Position numbers and translations under genes: made by a program. The notes below the pieces were generated by a model. It ran no database searches. It had not been told where the DNA came from and saw only the letters and a program-made list of their open reading frames with translations. This document shows, in pieces, positions 40,272 to 49,636 of a stretch of 64,000 bases of DNA (within the stretch, counting starts at the first letter, position 1; each line of letters opens with the position of its first letter). The DNA is from Gemmatimonadetes bacterium 13_1_20CM_4_69_16 (GTDB lineage Bacteria; Gemmatimonadota; Gemmatimonadetes; Gemmatimonadales; GWC2-71-9), in NCBI GenBank assembly GCA_001919865.1, contig MNIR01000058.1, forward strand, positions 15,430 through 79,429, read 5' to 3'.

Positions 40272-41144
40272 ATGCCGCCACGTCGCGTGGAACGCGCTCC
40301 TTCGCCTGAGTCCCTCGTCGAGCGCGTGGACCAACAGCGCCCGGGGGAGCTCCCCGGGGACACCGTCCCTACGGGCTTCCCCTCCGTGGACCGGATCCTG
40401 GGCGGGGGGCTGCGCCGCCGGGACCTGGTCGTGCTGGGCGGAGACGTCGGTTCCGGCAAGTCAGCGCTCGCCCTGGGGCTGGCGCTGCGGGTGGCGCGGC
40501 AGGGGGTCGGCGTGGCGTTCTTCTCGGGAGAGATGGACCAGGAGCGGCTGATGGAACGGGCGCTCGCGATCGAGGGTCGGGTCGCAGTGGACGAGCTACG
40601 CGCCGCCCAGCTCAGCGACCAGACGCGCGCCGAGGTCGGTGCGGCAGCAGTCCGGCTGCGTGGCTTGCCGCTCACGATTCTGCCGCTCGCCGCTCCAGAC
40701 TTCGAGACGCTGGCGGCGCGGCTCGACCCCCTGCGCCAGCTCGGCTTGGTCGTCGTCGACTACCTGCAGCTCGTGCCGACGCCCGCCGGGACGACCCGCT
40801 CCACTCAGGACGAGGACCTCGCCCTCGTGCTGCAACGGCTCAAGGCGCTGGCGCTGGAACGCCAGGTCGCGCTATTCGTCGTGTCGCAGCTCTCACGCTT
40901 CGCGGCCAAGCGGGAGCAGGTGCGTCCCGACCTCGACGACTTCGGCCACCTGGGCGCGATCAAACAGCACGCCGATGTGGCGCTGGGGCTGTTCCGCGAG
41001 GAGATGTACCATCCGGGCTACGGCGTGGAAGGCGCGACCGAGCTGATGATCCTGAAGAACCGCAACGGCCCGACGGGGTTCGTGGACCTCTACTTCTACC
41101 GTCGCTGGATGCGGTTCGAGGACATGCTCGACCCCGACCGCTGA
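40272..41144 (+). CDS. DnaB-like helicase, C-terminal ATPase domain only
   Basis: TGFPSVD, GDVGSGKS, FSGEM, DYLQL, SQLSR, KNRNGPTG; AGGAGG RBS. Confidence 0.85.
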   Translation: MPPRRVERAPSPESLVERVDQQRPGELPGDTVPTGFPSVDRILGGGLRRRDLVVLGGDVGSGKSALALGLALRVARQGVGVAFFSGEMDQERLMERALAIEGRVAVDELRAAQLSDQTRAEVGAAAVRLRGLPLTILPLAAPDFETLAARLDPLRQLGLVVVDYLQLVPTPAGTTRSTQDEDLALVLQRLKALALERQVALFVVSQLSRFAAKREQVRPDLDDFGHLGAIKQHADVALGLFREEMYHPGYGVEGATELMILKNRNGPTGFVDLYFYRRWMRFEDMLDPDR

Positions 41145-41545
41145 GCCCGCGCCGAGTCGGCGGAAGGAAGCGTGCCCACCAGCGTGTAGGTCGTGCCCGG
41201 ACCACCGTTATTGCGCCGCAGGGTGATCCACAGCGGCTTGCCCCGCCGCACGGCGTACAGCGCGATCGAGCCGTCCGCCATCAGCTGATCGCCCTTCATA
41301 TCCCAATCGTTCAACTTGAGGTTGACGCGGTACCACGCCGCCACGTTCTGGAGGGCGGCGGGCGTCGTGAACGCCGCCTGAGCGGCGTCCTGCCCGGCCG
41401 ACACGCTCACGACGGCGGATCCCGGGAAGGCCAGGACGTCCTGTAACGCGGCGGCGGCGAGCTCACGGTCGGCCGCGCCCTCGCCGGCACGCTCGCACGC
41501 CGCGAACAGGACCAGCGCGATCAGGGCGCACCGCGGACGATTCAT
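41096..41545 (-). CDS. Hypothetical lipoprotein
   Basis: Signal peptide with lipobox FAAC. Confidence 0.7.
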   Translation of the reverse strand: MNRPRCALIALVLFAACERAGEGAADRELAAAALQDVLAFPGSAVVSVSAGQDAAQAAFTTPAALQNVAAWYRVNLKLNDWDMKGDQLMADGSIALYAVRRGKPLWITLRRNNGGPGTTYTLVGTLPSADSARAQRSGSSMSSNRIQRR

Positions 41546-41599
41546 GGGCCGGTATCCTACCTGTGGCGTGGCGGTGTGGTCAAGTTGTAGGTTAGAGCG

Positions 41600-41672
41600 A
41601 CGTCGCACGGTCCACGTCGCACGTTGCACGAGGGCGCCCGGCCGTGGAACGTGCAACGTGGAACCTGCAACG
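41600..41672. repeat. Heptamer tandem-inverted repeat in the yebC leader
   Basis: cacgtcgcacgttgcacg...cgtggaacgtgcaacgtgg. Confidence 0.85.
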
Positions 41673-41681
41673 GGTGCTCCC

Positions 41682-42431
41682 ATGGCCGGCCACAGCAAGT
41701 GGAAGCAAATCAAGCGCAAGAAGGCCGTCACCGACGCGCGGCGCGGGGCGCTTTTCACCAAGCTGATCCGGGAAATCACCATCGCGGCGAAGCAGGGCGG
41801 CGGGGACCCGGACGGCAACGCGCGGCTCCGGACCGCGATCGATGCGGCCAAGGCTGAGAACATGCCGCTCGACAACATCGAGCGCGCCATCAAGAAGGGC
41901 ACCGGCGAGCTGGAAGGCGTCCAGTACGAGGAGGTGTCCTACGAGGGCTACGGGCCGGGCGGCGCCGCGCTGTTCATCGAGGCGACGACCGACAACGCCA
42001 ACCGGACGGTCGCAGAGATCCGCCATGTGTTCCAGCGGTACGGCGGCAACCTCGGCGCCGCGCACTCCGTGGCGTGGATGTTCGACCGCAAGGCACAGAT
42101 CGCGCTGGACGCGACCAAGCTCGATGAGGACGCCGTGCTGGAGGCCGCGCTCGAAGCGGGCGCCGAAGACGTGGTCCGCGACGCGGACACGTTCGTCATC
42201 ACCGGCCCGGTGCAGCAACTGCACGCCATCACCGAACAGCTGAAGACCAAGCGGATCCCGGTGCAATCCGCCGAGATCACCATGATGCCGAAGAGCACGG
42301 TAAAGGTCGACGGCAAGGACGCGAAGAGGCTGCTCGAGCTGATCGATGCGCTGGAGGCGATGGACGACGTCGCGAAGGTGTCCTCGAACTTCGACATCGA
42401 CGCCGAGGCGCTGGCGGCGGCGACGGCGTGA
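41682..42431 (+). CDS. yebC: YebC/PmpR family protein
   Basis: MAGHSKW, YEGYGPGG, TDNANRT. Confidence 0.95.
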   Translation: MAGHSKWKQIKRKKAVTDARRGALFTKLIREITIAAKQGGGDPDGNARLRTAIDAAKAENMPLDNIERAIKKGTGELEGVQYEEVSYEGYGPGGAALFIEATTDNANRTVAEIRHVFQRYGGNLGAAHSVAWMFDRKAQIALDATKLDEDAVLEAALEAGAEDVVRDADTFVITGPVQQLHAITEQLKTKRIPVQSAEITMMPKSTVKVDGKDAKRLLELIDALEAMDDVAKVSSNFDIDAEALAAATA

Positions 42432-42432
42432 C

Positions 42433-42755
42433 GTGAGAGTCCTGGGCGTCGACCCGGGAACCTCGGTCACCGGCTACGGCGTGATCGAGACGGGGAACGG
42501 GGCGCCCGCCATGGGCCGGCTGATCGAATGTGGTGTCATCAGCTTCGGATCCTGCTGGCCGCCGCGCAGGCGGGCCTCGCCATCGCGCAATATCCGCCCG
42601 CCACCGTGAAGAAGACCGTCGCCGGCGCGGGGGGCGCCCCCAAGGCGCAGGTCGGCGCGGTGGTGGCTCGGCTCCTCAAGCTGACGCGCGCCCCGACGCC
42701 GCCGGACGCGGCCGACGGCGTGGCGGTCGCACTCACGCACATTCTCCGCTCATGA
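42433..42755 (+). pseudogene. ruvC: RuvC Holliday junction resolvase with internal deletion and frameshift
   Basis: VLGVDPG..TGYGVI in one frame; ILLAA..YPPATVKK..DAADGVAVA in another; central part missing. Confidence 0.85.
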
Positions 42756-42762
42756 GCGCGCG

Positions 42763-43356
42763 ATGATCGCCCAGGTCAGCGGGCGCCTCGCCGCCAAGCA
42801 AGCCGACCGCGTCGTGGTCCAGACGGCGGGTGGGGTCGGTTACGAGATCGCCGTCCCGCTCGGCGTCATGGAAGACCTGCCGGCGGTGGGCGAGAGCGTG
42901 AGCCTCGCGACCGAGCTCGTGGTGCGGGAGGACGGCTGGGCGCTGTACGGGTTCCGAGACGCGGCGGGGCGGCGATTTTTCCAGCGGCTCATCGGCGTCA
43001 CCGGCATCGGTCCGAAGATCGCGATCGCGCTGATGTCGGCACTCGGCGTGGAGCGCGGCGCGCGGGCGGTCCGGGAGCGGAACATCGGCCTCCTGGCATC
43101 GGTCAGTGGCATCGGCAAGAAGACCGCCGAGCGCCTGGCGCTTGAACTCGCCGACAAGCTCGGCGAGTTTGAGGAGCCGGAGGGCGGCGCGGCCCCGAGC
43201 GACGGCACCGCCGAAGCCGCCCTCAAGGCGCTCGAGCGGCTGGGATACGGCACGGCCGAGGCGGACCGGGCGCTGCGAGACGTGCTGGCCGCCGACGGCG
43301 GTGCCGACACCGAGGCGCTCGTCCGGCGGGCGCTGCAACTGCTCACCCAGAGGTGA
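42763..43356 (+). CDS. ruvA: Holliday junction branch migration protein RuvA
   Basis: GGVGYEI, VREDGWALYGF, GIGPK, GIGKKTAER. Confidence 0.95.
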   Translation: MIAQVSGRLAAKQADRVVVQTAGGVGYEIAVPLGVMEDLPAVGESVSLATELVVREDGWALYGFRDAAGRRFFQRLIGVTGIGPKIAIALMSALGVERGARAVRERNIGLLASVSGIGKKTAERLALELADKLGEFEEPEGGAAPSDGTAEAALKALERLGYGTAEADRALRDVLAADGGADTEALVRRALQLLTQR

Positions 43357-43358
43357 CG

Positions 43359-43538
43359 ATGGCAGCCACCGCTGAATGGATCTGCACGCGCTGCGGCTCG
43401 ACCAACCGGCGGCTCGTCCCGGACGGCGCGAGGCGCGCGGTGGACGAGTGTCTCACGTGCCACACGCGCCACGAGCTCGAAGCCGACGCCCGGCCGGTGC
43501 GCTGGCGCGCGCGGCCGCTGGGAAAGAAGGCCGCGTGA
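43359..43538 (+). CDS. Small zinc-ribbon protein
   Basis: [10 protein letters not shown]...CLTCH; located between ruvA and ruvB. Confidence 0.7.
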   Translation: MAATAEWICTRCGSTNRRLVPDGARRAVDECLTCHTRHELEADARPVRWRARPLGKKAA

Positions 43539-43572
43539 CTGCCTTCAGGGTGGGAACGCGCGGGCAGTTGCC

Positions 43573-44613
43573 ATGAAGCCGGCAGGTCGCACCCAGATCA
43601 CCACCCCCGAGGCGCTCCCCGACGAGCGCGTGACGGACGCGGCGCTGCGCCCCTCGCGCCTGGACGAATTCGTCGGCCAGAGCAAGGTGAAGGAATCGCT
43701 CCAGATCGCCATCGACGCGGCGAAGCAGCGCAAAGAACCGCTCGACCACACCCTGTTTTTCGGCCCCCCCGGCCTCGGCAAGACGACGCTCGCGTTGTTG
43801 ATGGCTCGCGAGCTCGGCGTGAACGTGCGCACCACCTCGGGACCGGTGCTCGAGCGCCCGGGCGATCTGGTCGGCCTGCTCACGTCGCTCAAGGCGGGCG
43901 ACATCCTGTTCATCGACGAGATCCACCGGCTCCGCCCCGCGCTGGAGGAATTCCTGTACCCCGCGATGGAGGAATTCCACGTCGATGTCCGCATCGCCGA
44001 CGGGCCGCACGCGCAGACCATCCCGATGGCGCTGGAGCGCTTCACGCTGATCGGCGCGACGACGCGGTTCGGCTTGCTCACACCACCGATGCGCGCGCGC
44101 TTCGGCCTGGTCGAGCGACTGTCGTACTATCCCCCCGACGACCTGGCCCAGATCCTCGTCCGCTCGGCCGGAATCCTCGCCGTGCCCGCCGACGCGGCGG
44201 GCATCGCCGAAATCGCCCGTCGCAGCCGTGGCACGCCGCGCGTCGCGAATCGGTTGCTCAAGCGGGTGCGCGACTTCGCCCAGGTTCGTGCCAACGGGAA
44301 GATCACCGCCCAGGTCGCCGGCGAGGCGCTCAAGCGGCTCGACGTGGACGAGTTCGGGCTCGACGACATGGATGGTCGCATCCTGAAGACGATCATCGAG
44401 CAGTTCGACGGCGGGCCGGTCGGGCTGACGACCATCGCCGCGGCCGTGGGTGAAGACCCCGGGACGGTGGAGGAGGTGTACGAGCCGTTCCTGATGCAAC
44501 GCGGCTTTCTGGCCCGCACGGCGCGCGGCCGCTGCGCCACGGGCGCCGCGTATCGACACTTCGGGTTCACCCCCCCTAAGAGCGCCGAGCAGCCGACGAT
44601 GTTCGACGGCTGA
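43573..44613 (+). CDS. ruvB: Holliday junction DNA helicase RuvB
   Basis: [30 protein letters not shown]. Confidence 0.97.
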   Translation: MKPAGRTQITTPEALPDERVTDAALRPSRLDEFVGQSKVKESLQIAIDAAKQRKEPLDHTLFFGPPGLGKTTLALLMARELGVNVRTTSGPVLERPGDLVGLLTSLKAGDILFIDEIHRLRPALEEFLYPAMEEFHVDVRIADGPHAQTIPMALERFTLIGATTRFGLLTPPMRARFGLVERLSYYPPDDLAQILVRSAGILAVPADAAGIAEIARRSRGTPRVANRLLKRVRDFAQVRANGKITAQVAGEALKRLDVDEFGLDDMDGRILKTIIEQFDGGPVGLTTIAAAVGEDPGTVEEVYEPFLMQRGFLARTARGRCATGAAYRHFGFTPPKSAEQPTMFDG

Positions 44614-44690
44614 GCGCGGAACGCGCAAGTCGGAACGCGGAACTGAAGTGCGCCTGCCTGTTCCGCGTTCCGCCTTCCGACTTCCGCGCT
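44613..44690. repeat. Heptamer tandem-inverted repeat (GGAACGC)n...(GCGTTCC)n
   Basis: Visible in sequence; second copy at 45743-45820. Confidence 0.85.
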
Positions 44691-44696
44691 TCACTC

Positions 44697-45743
44697 ATGC
44701 ACTCCTCCGACTTCGAATACGATCTCCCCCCTGCGCTCATCGCGCAGCACCCCCTCCCCGACCGCGCGGCGAGTCGCCTGCTCGTTCTGGAGCGCTCGAA
44801 CGGCGTCATCCGCCATGCCCGGTTCCGCGACATCGTCGAGCTGGTCGCGCCCGAAGACGTCTTGGTCCTCAACGTTTCCCGCGTGATCCCTGCGAGACTG
44901 CACGGGACCCGGGGCCCGGGATCCGGGACCCGGGGCCCGAGTGGTGCGGCCGAGCTCCTGCTGGTGCGCGAGCTGCCCGACGGGACCTGGCTCGCGCTGG
45001 GGCACCCCGGCGGGAAGCTCAAGCCCGGGCGCACGGTACGATTCGGCAACGACAGCGCGGTCGAGGTCATCGAGGTGCTGGGCGGGGGCCTGCGGCGCAT
45101 AAAATTCGTCGGTGCGCTCGATGCCCCCGCCACGCTCGCCCGGTACGGCGAGGTGCCGCTGCCGCCCTACATTCGCCGACGCCCGCGTCCCGAAGATCGC
45201 GACCGCTACCAGACGGTGTATGCGGCACACGACGGCAGCGTGGCGGCGCCCACTGCCGGATTGCATTTCACGTCGGAGCTGCTCGAGCGCGTGCGCGCAA
45301 GAGGCACGGCCGTCGCGGCGCTCGATCTGCACGTCGGCCCCGGCACCTTCAAGCCGGTCGAGGTGGACGACCTCGCGGACCATGTGATGCACGCCGAAGC
45401 GTACGCGGTGAGCGAGGACGCGGCGGCGACCGTCAACGAGAGGCGGCAGGCGGGAGGCCGGCTATGGGCGGTGGGGACGACCGTGGTGCGCACGCTCGAG
45501 AGCTGCGCCGCCGCCGACGGCTCGATCCGCCCAGGGGCCGGCGAGACGCAGGCCTTCATCTATCCCCCCTACACGTTCCGCGCAGTGGACCGGCTCCTCA
45601 CGAATTTCCACCTGCCGCGCTCGACCCTGCTAATGTTGGTGTGCGCGTTCGGGGGCTACGAGCACGTGATGGGGGCGTATCGGGAAGCGATCGCCGAGGG
45701 GTACCGGTTTTATTCATATGGGGATGCGATGGCGGTCACGTGA
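44697..45743 (+). CDS. queA: S-adenosylmethionine:tRNA ribosyltransferase-isomerase
   Basis: PLPPYI, YQTVYA, AAPTAGLHF, TNFHLPRSTL, YRFYSYGDAM. Confidence 0.96.
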   Translation: MHSSDFEYDLPPALIAQHPLPDRAASRLLVLERSNGVIRHARFRDIVELVAPEDVLVLNVSRVIPARLHGTRGPGSGTRGPSGAAELLLVRELPDGTWLALGHPGGKLKPGRTVRFGNDSAVEVIEVLGGGLRRIKFVGALDAPATLARYGEVPLPPYIRRRPRPEDRDRYQTVYAAHDGSVAAPTAGLHFTSELLERVRARGTAVAALDLHVGPGTFKPVEVDDLADHVMHAEAYAVSEDAAATVNERRQAGGRLWAVGTTVVRTLESCAAADGSIRPGAGETQAFIYPPYTFRAVDRLLTNFHLPRSTLLMLVCAFGGYEHVMGAYREAIAEGYRFYSYGDAMAVT

Positions 45744-45820
45744 ACGCGGAAGTGCGAACGCGGAACGCGGAACGGAAGGGCGAGCACCTGTTCCGCGTTC
45801 CGACTTCCGGGTTCCGCGTT
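45743..45820. repeat. Heptamer tandem-inverted repeat (GGAACGC family)
   Basis: Visible between queA and tgt. Confidence 0.85.
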
Positions 45821-45835
45821 GACGTCGGCTGACCC

Positions 45836-47008
45836 ATGTTCGAATTCACGCTCGACGCCACCTGCGGCCCCGCTCGCGCCGGTACGCTCGTCCTCCCCCA
45901 CGGCACGGTCGAGACTCCGGCCTTCATGCCCGTTGGGACACAGGGGACGGTCCGCACGCTGTCGCCCGCCGACCTGCATGCCGTCGGTGCGGAGCTGGTG
46001 CTCGCGAACACGTACCACTTGCACGTGCGCCCCGGCGAGGGCGTGGTAGCGCGATTGGGCGGCCTGCACCGCTTCATGAGCTGGGACCGACCGCTGCTCA
46101 CCGACTCTGGGGGCTTCCAGGTGTTCTCACTCGAGGGGTTCCGGCGCGTGGACGACGACGGCGTCGAGTTCCAAAGCCACGTGGACGGTGGGCGGCGACA
46201 CCTCACTCCGGAGCGCGCCACGGAGATCCAGTGGACGCTGGGGGCAGACATCGCGATGGCGTTCGATCACGTGGTGCCGGGGGGGGCGGATGAGGCCACC
46301 GCGAGGGACGCCATGGAGCGGACGCTGCGCTGGTTAGGACGGTGCGCCAAGAGGCACGCGGAGCTGAAGGAACGATGGACGGATGGAAAGATGGAACGAT
46401 CGTTCCCACGTTCCAACGTTCCATCGGTCCCCCAGACCCTCTGGCCCATTCTCCAGGGCGGCACCCACCTGGCGCTGCGGGAGGAGGGCCTGCGCCGGAT
46501 CTGCGACCTCGACTCCTGGACCGGCCTCGCGATCGGCGGCCTGTCCGTCGGCGAGCCGAAGCCCCTGATGTACGAGATGCTCGCGAGCCTGGAGCCCCGG
46601 CTGCCTCCCGCCGGGCCGCGTTATCTTATGGGCGTGGGGTTCCCCGAGGACCTCGTCGCGGCGACGGAGCGCGGCATCGACCTGTTCGACTGCGTGGCGC
46701 CCACGCGGAACGGGCGCAACGGCTCCGCCTTCACGCCGGACGGTCCCGTGAACATCCGCAACGCCGAGCACCGCGAGGACGCGCGGCCGCTCGACGCGAC
46801 GTGCGACTGCGAGACCTGCACCACGTTCTCGCGCGGCTACCTGCGCCACTTGTTCGTGGCCGAGGAGCTGTTGGGGCTGCGGCTCTTGTCGCTGCACAAC
46901 GTCCGGTTCCTGATCCGGCTCGCCGCGGCGATGCGCGCCGCGATCCGCGCCGGGACTTTCCCGCGGTGGGCCGCCGAATGGCGGCACCGCTACACTCGAT
47001 CGGACTGA
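45836..47008 (+). CDS. tgt: tRNA-guanine transglycosylase
   Basis: TPAFMPVGT, TDSGGFQVFSL, DCVAPTRNGR, CDCETC. Confidence 0.96.
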   Translation: MFEFTLDATCGPARAGTLVLPHGTVETPAFMPVGTQGTVRTLSPADLHAVGAELVLANTYHLHVRPGEGVVARLGGLHRFMSWDRPLLTDSGGFQVFSLEGFRRVDDDGVEFQSHVDGGRRHLTPERATEIQWTLGADIAMAFDHVVPGGADEATARDAMERTLRWLGRCAKRHAELKERWTDGKMERSFPRSNVPSVPQTLWPILQGGTHLALREEGLRRICDLDSWTGLAIGGLSVGEPKPLMYEMLASLEPRLPPAGPRYLMGVGFPEDLVAATERGIDLFDCVAPTRNGRNGSAFTPDGPVNIRNAEHREDARPLDATCDCETCTTFSRGYLRHLFVAEELLGLRLLSLHNVRFLIRLAAAMRAAIRAGTFPRWAAEWRHRYTRSD

Positions 47009-47010
47009 CC

Positions 47011-47334
47011 ATGCCCATGTACGCAGTGCTCTTCACGCCCTCCGGCCAGGGGGGGCCAGCCGCCGGGTGGTTCGTGTTCCAGCTGGCGGCGGTGTTCGCC
47101 ATCATCTATTTCCTGATCCTCCGTCCGCAAAAGAAGCAACAGGAGCGCCATCGCCAGCTGCTGGCCTCGCTGCAGCGCGGGGACAAGGTGCTGACGTCCG
47201 GTGGCATCCTCGGCGAAGTGGTGCACCTGAAGGACGACGAGGTGACGGTGAAGAGTGGCGAGGCGCGTCTCATCGTCGCGCGGTCGAACATCGCCAACAT
47301 CCTCAACCGGTCCGCCGAAGCCAAGCCGCAGTGA
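47011..47334 (+). CDS. yajC: Preprotein translocase subunit YajC
   Basis: YFLILRPQKK, GDKVLTSGGI. Confidence 0.92.
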   Translation: MPMYAVLFTPSGQGGPAAGWFVFQLAAVFAIIYFLILRPQKKQQERHRQLLASLQRGDKVLTSGGILGEVVHLKDDEVTVKSGEARLIVARSNIANILNRSAEAKPQ

Positions 47335-47879
47335 CCGTCCGGAAGCTCCACCTCCTGGGCTCGCCCGTGCTGCGACGGCCCGCGACACCGGTCGCCGCCG
47401 TGGACGACGCGGTTCGCGAGCTCGTGGACGACCTGTTCGAAACCATGCGCGCGGCCAAAGGGGTGGGGCTAGCCGCGAACCAGGTGGGCGTGGCCCAGCG
47501 CATCGCCGTCGTGGACGTGGGAGAGGAATTCCCGCCGCCGCTCGTGCTGGTCAATCCCCGCATCGTCCAGGCGAGCGACGTCACCGAGACCGCCGAGGAG
47601 GGCTGTCTCTCGATTCCCGACATCTATGGTGACGTGGAGCGTTCGCTCGCCGTCACCCTCGAAGCGCTCGACCGGGACGGCCGGCCGTACCGCACCGAGC
47701 TCTCCGGCTTCAAGGCCCGCGCCGTACAACACGAGATCGATCATCTCGACGGCATCCTGTTCCTCGATCACTTGAGCGCCGTGAAGCGGCACCTGCTGAT
47801 CGCGAAGTGGAAGCGCTCCCGCAAGGGGCAGTCCGGTTACATCAAGGACGTGACGCCGGAGCCGGCGGGCGAGCTCTAG
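47331..47879 (+). CDS. def: Peptide deformylase
   Basis: GVGLAANQVG, EGCLS, QHEIDHLDG. Confidence 0.96.
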   Translation: MTVRKLHLLGSPVLRRPATPVAAVDDAVRELVDDLFETMRAAKGVGLAANQVGVAQRIAVVDVGEEFPPPLVLVNPRIVQASDVTETAEEGCLSIPDIYGDVERSLAVTLEALDRDGRPYRTELSGFKARAVQHEIDHLDGILFLDHLSAVKRHLLIAKWKRSRKGQSGYIKDVTPEPAGEL

Positions 47880-48806
47880 GTGCGCGTCGTCTTCTTCGGC
47901 ACGCCGGAATTCGCCGTCCCGTCGCTGCGCGCCCTGGTGGGCGAGGGGTTCGACGTCGTCGCCGCGGTGACGCCGCCCGATCGGCCGCAGGGCCGCTCGC
48001 GCTCGCAGCTCGTCCCCCCGCCGGTGAAGCTGGCCGCCGAGGCGGAAGGCGTCCCCGTATTGCAGCCCGCGCGCCCGACCGATGCCGGCTTCCTCGACCG
48101 GATCCGGGAGCTGGCGGCGGATGTCGGGGTCGTGGTGGCGTACGGGCACATCCTCAAGCCTGAGCTGCTGCAGCTCCCCCGGCGCGGGATGGTCAACGTG
48201 CACCCCTCCCTCCTTCCCGAGCTGCGTGGAGCGGCGCCCGTGGAGTGGGCGATCCTGACCGGCCTCGAGAAGACGGGCGTCAGCATCATGCAGCTCGACG
48301 AGGGCCTCGATTCGGGACCCATCCTGCTGCAGATCCCGCACCGCATCGATCCGGACCAAACCGGGGGCGAGCTCTCGGCGCATCTCGCCGAAGTCGGCGC
48401 GCAAGCCCTGGTCGAGGCGCTGGCGCTGTGGGAGCGTGACGCGCTCCGCCCGGTCCCGCAGGATGCCGCCCGCGCCACCTACGCGCCCAAGCTCACGCGC
48501 GAAACGGCCCACATCCGCTGGAGCGAGCCCGCCGATCGGGTCGCGTGCCTGATCCGTGGCCTCGACCCGAAGCCCGGCGCCTGGACGCAGCTGGACGGCC
48601 AGGAGATCAAGCTGTTCGGCCCCCCCCGGCGCGTGGAGCAGCGGGGCTCTCCCGGGGAAGTGCTGAAGGCCGACAGCCGGCTGCTGATCGCGGCGGCGAG
48701 CGGCGCGGTGGAGGTGGAGGAAGTCCAGCCCGCCGGCAAGGCCCGGCTGCGCGTCGCGGATTGGGTGCGTGGCCGCGGCGTGAAGGTGGGCCAGCGCTTC
48801 GCGTGA
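47880..48806 (+). CDS. fmt: Methionyl-tRNA formyltransferase
   Basis: FFGTPEFA, NVHPSLLP..RGAAP, LDSGP. Confidence 0.95.
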   Translation: MRVVFFGTPEFAVPSLRALVGEGFDVVAAVTPPDRPQGRSRSQLVPPPVKLAAEAEGVPVLQPARPTDAGFLDRIRELAADVGVVVAYGHILKPELLQLPRRGMVNVHPSLLPELRGAAPVEWAILTGLEKTGVSIMQLDEGLDSGPILLQIPHRIDPDQTGGELSAHLAEVGAQALVEALALWERDALRPVPQDAARATYAPKLTRETAHIRWSEPADRVACLIRGLDPKPGAWTQLDGQEIKLFGPPRRVEQRGSPGEVLKADSRLLIAAASGAVEVEEVQPAGKARLRVADWVRGRGVKVGQRFA

Positions 48807-49423
48807 CGCACCCCGCGCCGTTGCCGCGGCTGCACGCGATCACCGACGAGCGCATCGCCCGAAGTGCGGACCTGGATGGACTCGCGCAACAGCTCGCCGC
48901 CGGCGCGGGTGCCGAGCTGGCATTCCACGCACGCGGCCGTGCGCTCACCGGACTCGAGCACTACGATCTCGCTGTCCGTCTATCCGTCTACCCGTCTACC
49001 CGTCTATTCGTCAACGACCGCCTCGACGTCGCGCTCGCCGCCAGCGCCAGTGGGGTCCAGCTCGGCACCGGGAGTCTCGATCCGGCGCACGCGCGCCACC
49101 TCGACTCGGGCTGGTGGATCGGCAAGTCCGTGCACGATTTGCGCGAGGCGCTGGCCGCACAAGCGGCCGGCGCCGACTATCTTTTGGTGGGGCCGGTGTA
49201 CCGAACCGCCACCCACCCGGGGCGCGAGCCGCTGGGATCAGGGCCACTGGCCGAGATCAGCGCACTGGGGCTCCCGGTGCTCGCGATCGGCGGCGTGACG
49301 CCCGAGCGGATCCGCGAGCTGCGCGCCGCCGGCGCGTACGGGGTGGCGGCGATCCGGGCGTTGTGGGACGCGCCCGATCCGGAGGCCGCGGCCCGAAGCA
49401 TGGTGCGGGAGCTGACACGGTGA
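48803..49423 (+). CDS. thiE: Thiamine phosphate synthase / TenI family
   Basis: VNDRLDVA, GKSVH, GPVYRTATH, AIGG; precedes thiS-thiG. Confidence 0.8.
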   Translation: MTHPAPLPRLHAITDERIARSADLDGLAQQLAAGAGAELAFHARGRALTGLEHYDLAVRLSVYPSTRLFVNDRLDVALAASASGVQLGTGSLDPAHARHLDSGWWIGKSVHDLREALAAQAAGADYLLVGPVYRTATHPGREPLGSGPLAEISALGLPVLAIGGVTPERIRELRAAGAYGVAAIRALWDAPDPEAAARSMVRELTR

Positions 49424-49632
49424 ACGATACGATCGACATCACGCTGAACGGGGAGCGCCGCGCGGTGGCGCGGGGGGCGACCCTGCTCGAGCTGCTCGCC
49501 GCGCTCGACCTCGACCCGCGCGCGGTGGTCGTCGAGCATAACCGCGCGATCGTGCGGCGGCTCGCGCTGGGCGACGTACGGGTCGCCCCAGGGGACGCGG
49601 TCGAGCTGGTGCATTTCGTGGGAGGAGGGTGA
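49420..49632 (+). CDS. thiS: Sulfur carrier protein ThiS
   Basis: C-terminal VHFVGGG. Confidence 0.93.
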   Translation: MNDTIDITLNGERRAVARGATLLELLAALDLDPRAVVVEHNRAIVRRLALGDVRVAPGDAVELVHFVGGG

Positions 49633-49636
49633 GCCG

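Noticed and set aside
44613-45820. Repeats considered as a CRISPR array
   Set aside because: Units are 7-10 nt tandem with no repeat-spacer periodicity, and no cas genes are present.
48780-48830. TPP riboswitch ahead of thiE-thiS-thiG
   Set aside because: thiE overlaps the fmt stop; there is no leader and no CUGAGA core.
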